Part shown: positions 56,857-64,000 of the stretch, piece after piece | How the letters are laid out: every line of letters starts with the position of its first letter | How positions within the stretch are numbered: position 1 is the stretch's first letter | Virus record (IMG/VR): IMGVR_UViG_3300009036_000501 | Source of the DNA: an uncultured virus (IMG/VR IMGVR_UViG_3300009036_000501) | Lineage: Duplodnaviria; Heunggongvirae; Uroviricota; Caudoviricetes | DNA length: 64,000 nt | Reading direction: 5' to 3' (one strand) | Notes under the pieces: model-generated | The model's input: the letters and a program-made list of their open reading frames with translations, nothing else | The model's database searches: none | Told to the model about the DNA's origin: nothing | Translations under genes and position numbers: made by a program

Positions 56857-59800
56857 TTGGACAGTCTTAGAAAGCATAAGAAGGCCACAGCGGCCTTCTT
56901 GACCTTCATACTCTTGATCACTTTTCTTATCTTCCCGCCCAATGCAAAAGCAGCAGAAGATAAGAGTAAGGCAAATGGTGAAAACACCACATCCAGTGTT
57001 TTCTGGTCTTCAAAAGATATGTTGGGATCTGTACCTCCCAACACATTGATATTACATGAACAATATCCTAATACCTTCTCAAGATACAGTTTGGATGCAC
57101 CCCTCAATCTCAAAGTATATGACAAGACTCCGTGGTGGAAACCCAATGTAGTTAAACGGGTGGAAGATGCTGCGAACACTTGGTCTCTGACTAGAATACT
57201 CACAGTTATCGCGGATTTTGGCTTTAGTTTGGTCAAGCTCATGACGACAATCTCCATCTATGTGATTCAGATTTCAATGGGGGCACAGTGGTCTAGTGCG
57301 CTATTTTCCCTCTTTGGGGCGATAGCAAAGGTCATAGGTGTCACGCTCGTGACTAAGAATCTATTTTACTTAGCGATGATCTGTTTAGGTGGTTACTTAG
57401 TATTCCAAGGTCTAATCAAGAGAAAACTTGGTACAACATTAAGTGAGACAGCACTAAGCATAGCTTTACTGGCATTCACCATAATATTTATCACTAACCC
57501 AGGAAAAGTCATGGGTGGTGTAAACTCAGGTACCGATCTCATAGGAACTTGGATATTGCAAATAGCTGTTTCTCAAGATAGTACTGAGAATATCAATAGT
57601 GCTATAAAAGATGACAACTATGTGACAAATAATAACATTGACAACCAAGTTACTGCCAGCACCAGTTTGTCTGATCTGAAAAATGCCGCTATAGTGCAAA
57701 TAACTAATAAATTGTGGGCGCTTCAAGTACGTGCGCCATGGGATATACTACAGTTTGGTCAACTCGATGTAAATGTCAATGACCCACAAAAGATACGTGA
57801 AGATGGTGGAGTAAAAATACATGAGTATGAAATCGATGCAATACTGAAAATCCTAGAAAATAACTCTGTTGAAATTGGTGACGGTGTATCTTCAGATAAA
57901 CCAGATGCGCAGAAACTGAAAGAAAAAGGTATAGCGGCTGGAGAAAGTTGGGGTAATGCTATACTGGGCCTGAGTGCAGGAGAAGGTGAATTGCGTTCCA
58001 TCCTAGTCAGTGTGTTAGGCAATAAAGGAACTGGCGAAGGTAAAGGAGAAGCAGTCTCGATGCATAATGGCGCTGTAGAAGCACTAAATGACGGAGGAAC
58101 AAAGATATTCGTAGTATTGATACTGCTCATAACTACAGCACTAACTACATTCTTCATTTGTACAATCGCTCTAGGATTGTTCTTAGCACAGTTGATCGTA
58201 TTGATAGCAATGGTTGTGGGACCTTTTGTCTTGATGTTGTCTGCACTGCCACAGTTTGGGCACAGATACATCAAAAACTGGGGGCTAATTACACTAGGCG
58301 CTTTCGGAACCAAGATTATATACTTTACTCTAATGGCAATAATGTTCTTGCTAATTTCCACACTTATGACTCTAGCTTTCGACATAAACACACTGGGGTT
58401 GGATGAGCAAACAAAGAGCCAGCTTAACATGTTTTCTCCTGATGGCACAACATCCTTACTACTTGTCCAAGTTCTTGTCATACTTGTCATGTATGGTCTA
58501 TCCGTGTTCAGGAAAAAGATGTTCCAAAAGAACACTTCCGGCACATTTGGCGTAGCGGGTGCACTCATACACAACACAGCAAGTGGCGGAAACTGGGGCC
58601 AAAGCATGAGTGTAGTACGAGAATCCATGCAAGGGCAGTCATATGGACAATATGTCGTTGGTAGTAGAGAAAACCGTAAGTTTAATAAAGATATGGGATT
58701 CAATAACAATCGCCAATTAAACAAAGGAAATGATGCTGATTCACGTAGAGATGATGAAAACACATATGGATCCTCTGCTGATGAGAAACAAGGAACAGGA
58801 AATGAATCTTTGCAGAATAATGGAGAGAATGTGCAACAACTGGGACAAGGCGAAGGTAATCCCGACTACACAGATGAGAACGGCGCAGATGCTCCAGGTG
58901 CAGGGGGTACATCACCTAACAATAAGGACACTGATGACTATGAATTTAACAACGGAGCCAATGCTAGTGAAGGTTCTGGGTCACAGAAAGAGAATAGGCT
59001 GAACTGCCCTATCAACGGAGCCACATGTAGTAATGAATCTGTTGCCTATGGCAGTGGTAGTTCAATGTGTTCTGTAACCGGCAAAGTTTGCCCATACAGA
59101 AATATGGCAGAAACTGAGCACTACAGTCAAATGATGCAACTGCGACGTCAACGAAATGCTAGCAATACAACCGACTCAGTAGCAGCAAGTAACGGGCCGA
59201 GGAGGAACGCTGGAAGCAGTACGGAAGGTACAAATACACCAACAAACTCTGGAGAAACTCAGTACCCCAATAACACTCGCATGCGGTCCGTACAAGAGAA
59301 CGGAGAAGGAACTCAACAACCGAACAACACTCGTGTACGATCTGTACAGGATGGGGATACAGGTATTGACGGATCTGGACGTGGCGTGGTAATATCCGAG
59401 GGTACAGTTAATGGGGTTAATATTGTTGGTTCACGTAGGAACACGTATAGTGATGAAGATGATCATGATTTCGATGACTCCCGTTCCTCAGATGAATTCC
59501 TGAGTTCCCGTGGAAGAAGTCATAATAGCATATCCATAACCGGTGGCAATGTGAATGCAGAGAACATTTTTGTTGCAGATCAAGCTACCGTACACCAAGA
59601 TGGATCCGTTTCTGCTAGTCCGAATAGACGAGATTATACAGGTAATGACGAGGTCGCCGCTACACGCGAATCCGCAAAACCTCAGTCGCCAGCTCGTGAT
59701 CAGGATAAACAAAATACATCCAAGAAGGCAAAAGAAAACACAACTGACAAGTCAGCAAACAAAAAACCTGCGGGAGGGAATACAGAACCTCCAAAACCAC

Positions 59801-60012
59801 CTGTACAGCGTAGTAGCAACAAAACGGAAGATAAACCGCAACAAAGCAAGAATAACTCATCTTCTGGCAAAGATCAGTCACCACAGCCACCTAGAGGAGT
59901 AAGAGTTAACCCACAGTCAACAAATGAAGGATCAAGACAAACTGACAATGACTTTATCCCTGGTGACCGTGGCTTAGGCCGTGGTCCTGGACCCGGATCG
60001 AGTCAAGAATAA
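56857..60012 (+). CDS. VirB6-like (TcpH/ConG) polytopic protein with long low-complexity tail
   Basis: Multiple TM clusters, PW..LQFG motif, N/S/G/Q-rich C-terminus; TTG start after GGAGGTG. Confidence 0.7.
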   Translation: MDSLRKHKKATAAFLTFILLITFLIFPPNAKAAEDKSKANGENTTSSVFWSSKDMLGSVPPNTLILHEQYPNTFSRYSLDAPLNLKVYDKTPWWKPNVVKRVEDAANTWSLTRILTVIADFGFSLVKLMTTISIYVIQISMGAQWSSALFSLFGAIAKVIGVTLVTKNLFYLAMICLGGYLVFQGLIKRKLGTTLSETALSIALLAFTIIFITNPGKVMGGVNSGTDLIGTWILQIAVSQDSTENINSAIKDDNYVTNNNIDNQVTASTSLSDLKNAAIVQITNKLWALQVRAPWDILQFGQLDVNVNDPQKIREDGGVKIHEYEIDAILKILENNSVEIGDGVSSDKPDAQKLKEKGIAAGESWGNAILGLSAGEGELRSILVSVLGNKGTGEGKGEAVSMHNGAVEALNDGGTKIFVVLILLITTALTTFFICTIALGLFLAQLIVLIAMVVGPFVLMLSALPQFGHRYIKNWGLITLGAFGTKIIYFTLMAIMFLLISTLMTLAFDINTLGLDEQTKSQLNMFSPDGTTSLLLVQVLVILVMYGLSVFRKKMFQKNTSGTFGVAGALIHNTASGGNWGQSMSVVRESMQGQSYGQYVVGSRENRKFNKDMGFNNNRQLNKGNDADSRRDDENTYGSSADEKQGTGNESLQNNGENVQQLGQGEGNPDYTDENGADAPGAGGTSPNNKDTDDYEFNNGANASEGSGSQKENRLNCPINGATCSNESVAYGSGSSMCSVTGKVCPYRNMAETEHYSQMMQLRRQRNASNTTDSVAASNGPRRNAGSSTEGTNTPTNSGETQYPNNTRMRSVQENGEGTQQPNNTRVRSVQDGDTGIDGSGRGVVISEGTVNGVNIVGSRRNTYSDEDDHDFDDSRSSDEFLSSRGRSHNSISITGGNVNAENIFVADQATVHQDGSVSASPNRRDYTGNDEVAATRESAKPQSPARDQDKQNTSKKAKENTTDKSANKKPAGGNTEPPKPPVQRSSNKTEDKPQQSKNNSSSGKDQSPQPPRGVRVNPQSTNEGSRQTDNDFIPGDRGLGRGPGPGSSQE

Positions 60013-60073
60013 TAACTGACGTGGGGGAAGGGGCGTATGTGTCCCTTCCCCTCATTTATAGGGAGGGATATGC

Positions 60074-62068
60074 ATGGGAGATAACGAAGATCGTCAGGAC
60101 GGAATTGGCATTACTCTGGCAAAACGAGCCTTGAAGTATTACAAGTCCATAGGGATTGTCACTATTGCATCTGTAACTGCCATATTCATCATAGGCATAA
60201 TTTTTCTCATAATACTAACATCATCGCAAAAAATACCTGACTTGGAGAAATTGAAAAAGAGTACTTACATGTCCCTAGAACCAACCGCTCTTGCTTTGAA
60301 AGAGATACCTTCAGATCAGATGGAAATATTCAGGGAGGGGCAAAAAAATTATAATATTCCATGGACTGTGCTAGCTGCAGTGTCCAAAAACCGGACTAAG
60401 TTCGGAAAAGAGATATATAGAAACACTTATGGAGTATTTGGATTGGATTCGGTCTGGTGGAGTGGTCCGGGATCAAAAAAATATAGTTTAGATCCTGAGG
60501 GAAATATAGCAAACAAAGGAAACGGTAAAAACGAATACGACATTCCAGACAACTTAGATGACATCGATGCGGCATATGCGGCATGCGAGCAACCTAGACC
60601 TTACCCGAATCCGCCAGGAACCCTGTGGACACGATCTGACGCATATTGGAGTGAACCCTCTCCCCCAGCAAATACTACTTCTAGTACTGCTGGGACATCA
60701 AGTAATACCACTGTGTCAGCAAACAATACTTCATCGACACCCGTGGTAAGACTAGCGAGTACAACCTCAACAAGCACCTCTGGGACGTCAAGTAAGCCCA
60801 AGCCGTGCAACATACCGGCTCCAGTGTATACGGCAGATCCAAAAGACGACAGAGATGCAACAATGGCAGTTGCCAAGTACTTAGTAGATCATAATTTCTC
60901 TGAGGATCCTCGAGGAGCACTACAAGACCTGCTTGGCCGTAGAGTTGTAGCCAACATCGTTATCATACAAGCGACAAAATATGGTGTTTTGGTAGACGCA
61001 TCCACTTTGCCCAACATGTCCTTTGAAGACAACCAAATCCCAGCTAAGTACATCCCTATATATCAGGCCGCAGCGGAGAAGTTCAACGTACCTTGGACTC
61101 TTCTAGCTGCTCATCACAGGGTAGAGACCAGATTTTCAACACACCGACCAATGGTTTCTTCTGCTGGGGCAGAGGGGCACATGCAATTCATGCCGTGTAC
61201 GTGGGTAGGTTGGTCGGCACCAGGATGTAAAGGTTCCAACGGTAAGGGCGATATTCCTTCCGCAGATAAAACAAGTCCCGAAGCTATATCGAGATATGGC
61301 GGGTATGGTTTAGATGCGAATGGAGATGGGAAAGCCGATATGTGGAATATAGAAGATGCCATTTACTCAGCGGCATCGTACCTATCAAGAAATGGAGCAT
61401 CTAGTGGAGATTTAAGAAAAGCCATATATGCTTATAACCATAGTGAAACTTATATACAAAACGTATTGTACTTCAAAAACACTTATGACAATGGATATGT
61501 AGCTGTTGATGAGAACTCTGGGTTTAACGGAACTTCAAACCCCTACATCATATGGCCTGTGGATCAGTCCAAATCCACTTTGTCTAGCCCGTATTACTAC
61601 CGATTCCACCCAGTCGATCTAGTTTACAAATGGCATAGGGGCATAGACATTGCAAGATCAAATCGTTCGGCTCCATCGCCTTCTATTATGGCTATAGCAG
61701 ATGGACGTGTGGTGTGGTCCGATGTAGGATTCGCAGGTTCAGGATACGGTGGTCTTGGCAATTCGGTTGCCATAGATCATGGGAATGGAATATATTCCCT
61801 GTATGCACATATGGTTCCGGGCAGTGTACGTGTTCAAGCGGGACAAAATGTAAGACAAGGAGATATACTAGGAACCATGGGTATGTCTGGAAAAGTAAGC
61901 GGTATACATCTCCATTTTGAGATACACATTGGATCTCCAAAACATATTGAGGGATCGACTATGTTCTTGAATCCGCAATGTGTATACAAGGCACTTTCAG
62001 GCAATCAGTCAGGTGACTGGAGGTCAACCCTTAACTCACTTGGTGCAGACAGACTGCAAAAATGCTAA
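60074..62068 (+). CDS. VirB1-like cell-wall hydrolase: lytic transglycosylase plus M23 peptidase
   Basis: VPWTLLAAHHRVETRF, S.AGA.G.MQF, AYN, HRGID, YAH, HLHFEI. Confidence 0.88.
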   Translation: MGDNEDRQDGIGITLAKRALKYYKSIGIVTIASVTAIFIIGIIFLIILTSSQKIPDLEKLKKSTYMSLEPTALALKEIPSDQMEIFREGQKNYNIPWTVLAAVSKNRTKFGKEIYRNTYGVFGLDSVWWSGPGSKKYSLDPEGNIANKGNGKNEYDIPDNLDDIDAAYAACEQPRPYPNPPGTLWTRSDAYWSEPSPPANTTSSTAGTSSNTTVSANNTSSTPVVRLASTTSTSTSGTSSKPKPCNIPAPVYTADPKDDRDATMAVAKYLVDHNFSEDPRGALQDLLGRRVVANIVIIQATKYGVLVDASTLPNMSFEDNQIPAKYIPIYQAAAEKFNVPWTLLAAHHRVETRFSTHRPMVSSAGAEGHMQFMPCTWVGWSAPGCKGSNGKGDIPSADKTSPEAISRYGGYGLDANGDGKADMWNIEDAIYSAASYLSRNGASSGDLRKAIYAYNHSETYIQNVLYFKNTYDNGYVAVDENSGFNGTSNPYIIWPVDQSKSTLSSPYYYRFHPVDLVYKWHRGIDIARSNRSAPSPSIMAIADGRVVWSDVGFAGSGYGGLGNSVAIDHGNGIYSLYAHMVPGSVRVQAGQNVRQGDILGTMGMSGKVSGIHLHFEIHIGSPKHIEGSTMFLNPQCVYKALSGNQSGDWRSTLNSLGADRLQKC

Positions 62069-62081
62069 AGGAGGAACACAC

Positions 62082-62834
62082 ATGAGCGAAGAGAAATCTA
62101 AGTTTTCTGTTTCAGATAAGGTGAAAGTAGGACTTGTCGTGGGGGTGATTGGTATAGCCATTATAGTGAATCAGGTGCTATATAACACATCTGCCCCTCC
62201 AATGGACACCATTACTCCAGAGCCTCAGAAGGGGTCTCAGCAGATAATAGATAATAATATAGCCAAACAACAAGCCGAATTGGAACGACAGAAAAAATTA
62301 CAGGAGTTGAATGTGGAGAAAGAGAGCGAGCTAACCCTCGACTCTCTCCTCCCTGATGGTACGAACATTATGGTAGTGAGCCCTAGTCCTGAAGCCGTTG
62401 GGAAAGGAAGCCTGACATATTTGATAACAAAAGGAAAGACCGACACTCGGCATGAGATAACTTGGCAGGGTAACAGTTTTGCCTATGCAACACCAACATC
62501 AACAGATCCATTATATCTATCCTCTATGTTCGCGTCCTATCTGTTAAATCGTGATTCAGTGCAACTTGGGTCCTTAAAGTCCTATATAGATGCTGAGTTG
62601 TTGAAATATACTTCTGATCCCAGTATGTTGGTGGTGAAAGATAAGACAATGACTAGTATGTCCTTCAGTCTACGCGAGAGCCAATTAGTGGTTGACTACA
62701 TATTGGCAGATCATGTCGATGGGACAGATGACGAGATATTTGTGGATATGGGTGTATATCTTGAATTCAAGGGTAACAAATGGATTATAACTGATGTAGA
62801 CATCAGAAAAGAGGGTGATCAATTTGGCATATAG
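62082..62834 (+). CDS. Single-TM conjugation-associated protein
   Basis: AGGAGG RBS, N-terminal TM, operon position. Confidence 0.65.
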   Translation: MSEEKSKFSVSDKVKVGLVVGVIGIAIIVNQVLYNTSAPPMDTITPEPQKGSQQIIDNNIAKQQAELERQKKLQELNVEKESELTLDSLLPDGTNIMVVSPSPEAVGKGSLTYLITKGKTDTRHEITWQGNSFAYATPTSTDPLYLSSMFASYLLNRDSVQLGSLKSYIDAELLKYTSDPSMLVVKDKTMTSMSFSLRESQLVVDYILADHVDGTDDEIFVDMGVYLEFKGNKWIITDVDIRKEGDQFGI

Positions 62835-63432
62835 TATTGTCATAGACTACACCAATGATTTGAGTATCGGAAACTTTCTGAATTCAGAAACATGTTCAGA
62901 TATAGGAATAAATGCGGTGCAGGTTAACTCTGTCGATATGCTGTCTCGGGCACTGACAGAGTATAGGCCGAATGCGATTGTATTGAGTACCAGTACGACC
63001 AGTGTGTCCGATATGCATGCTTTAATAACAGGAAATGTAGGACAATATAACTACATTATATGCACGGGCGAAATAAAGAATAAAAAAGATAAGCAACAAT
63101 TGAAATTATTGCAAGAAGAATATAACTGTAATATAATAGGAAGTGTAGTGACAGACTTGTTGATGCTCAATAGTCTCATCACATGTATTGGTGATGTCAC
63201 CCATGTACCACATAATTCTCACACACCACAAATAGTGGAGGACGTATTTTACAAAGAAGAACCGTATAAAGAGGCGCCAATATCTGATATAGAGGTCACT
63301 TCTACAGAGCACGAAGCTATAGAAGGACATGCACTAGTTTCCCCACAAGTGCCAGAATACAAAGAAGAAGCACAACCAAATTTACCATCTAGATTCGTGA
63401 ATAATGACGATGACGATGATGTGGAATTTTGA
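62815..63432 (+). CDS. Hypothetical protein (receiver-like N-terminus, acidic tail)
   Basis: Overlaps the upstream gene; alternating beta/alpha pattern. Confidence 0.55.
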   Translation: MINLAYSIVIDYTNDLSIGNFLNSETCSDIGINAVQVNSVDMLSRALTEYRPNAIVLSTSTTSVSDMHALITGNVGQYNYIICTGEIKNKKDKQQLKLLQEEYNCNIIGSVVTDLLMLNSLITCIGDVTHVPHNSHTPQIVEDVFYKEEPYKEAPISDIEVTSTEHEAIEGHALVSPQVPEYKEEAQPNLPSRFVNNDDDDDVEF

Positions 63433-63460
63433 ATAAATAGCATTGAGGAAGGTGTTATAT

Positions 63461-64000
63461 ATGTCGAAAAAGACTTGCATTCTAGCTATTAATAAGCCCG
63501 AGATAGAAAATTGGATGCATGGAGTGGACAGAGAGGGTAAACTAGCGACATTCCCAATCTGGGAAGATCTGCATGTACTAGATATATTGCAGGATTCTCG
63601 TGATGTCATTCCAAGTATAGAAAATAACAACCCAAGTATACTGTTTATCTCCAACTTGCTGGGTTCTACCGAAAGCCTAAAGATGCTGTTGAAACGGTGC
63701 AGACAATCCTACCCACAAGTTCGTGTAGTCTTCTTGTTGTGGGGCAGTGAAAAAAATGTACAAGAACTGATTCACTTTTCTTTACAGCACACTATCACGA
63801 CGGACTTAATTACCAAAGTTACAGCGAAGATGATCAATAATATTCTAAGTGAATCTCTAAGTCTCGAGGAAGCGGAAGGGCTGAGAGACCCACAATATAA
63901 GTATGTGGAACAGGAAGAGATACCACAAAAAGCTTTACCTGAGGCGAAGGAACCACGTAAATCTTTCTTTCCGAAAAAAGGTACAGCACCTGATCATAAA
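63461..64000 (+). CDS. Partial ORF with receiver-like N-terminus (possibly ParA/CpaE-type), truncated by the window end
   Basis: Hand-translated MSKKTCILAINKPEIENW...PSILFISNLL...VRVVFLL, open to 64000; GAGGAAGGTG RBS. Confidence 0.55.
   Translation, partial: MSKKTCILAINKPEIENWMHGVDREGKLATFPIWEDLHVLDILQDSRDVIPSIENNNPSILFISNLLGSTESLKMLLKRCRQSYPQVRVVFLLWGSEKNVQELIHFSLQHTITTDLITKVTAKMINNILSESLSLEEAEGLRDPQYKYVEQEEIPQKALPEAKEPRKSFFPKKGTAPDHK

Larger units (their letters stand above)
1..64000. mobile_element. Part of a large Bacillota conjugative plasmid-like element
   Basis: T4SS operon, coupling protein, relaxase-like genes, ParM, own replication genes and iteron-like origin; no chromosomal housekeeping operons; no integrase seen. 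Confidence 0.85.

Noticed and set aside
57759..58763. 334-aa minus-strand ORF and similar antisense ORFs throughout
   Set aside because: Shadow ORFs lying entirely opposite well-supported genes
1..64000. Prophage or phage-plasmid call
   Set aside because: No terminase, capsid, tail or integrase genes in this window; cannot be excluded for the rest of the replicon

Overview
A 64-kb segment of a large, low-GC conjugative element from a spore-forming Bacillota host (probably a megaplasmid). No rRNA, tRNA, CRISPR array, integrase or virion genes are visible. Transfer functions: a VirD4-like coupling protein, a prepilin peptidase, two Replic_Relax-type proteins, a second pilin/ATPase module behind a sigma-G-like promoter, and a Gram-positive T4SS operon (VirB8/B2/B3/B4/B6/B1-like, 51.6-62 kb). 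Maintenance and replication functions: ParM/ParR-like partitioning, HU, and a dispersed phage-like replisome (RepB'-type primase, DUF927-like helicase, family A polymerase, Sak4-like ATPase, DUF669 SSB, PD-(D/E)XK nuclease, RuvC-like resolvase, SNF2, DinG, RarA). A symmetric non-coding candidate origin at 29.3-30.6 kb has 20 TGAGTCCA/TGGACTCA octamers and a ~120-bp inverted repeat around an AT-rich core. Highlights: (1) an adenylosuccinate-synthetase homologue with PurZ (2-aminoadenine, Z-base) signature residues, near the polymerase, two nucleotide kinases and a deoxyribosyltransferase-dUTPase fusion, with no recognisable DatZ/MazZ; (2) an unannotated ~100-nt minus-strand sRNA complementary to the ribosome-binding/start regions of at least five genes of the element; (3) a strong element-wide preference for 18-bp-spacer sigma-A promoters; (4) a MecA homologue and a CCA-adding enzyme with an altered templating motif. 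All family calls come from manual motif recognition, not database searches.
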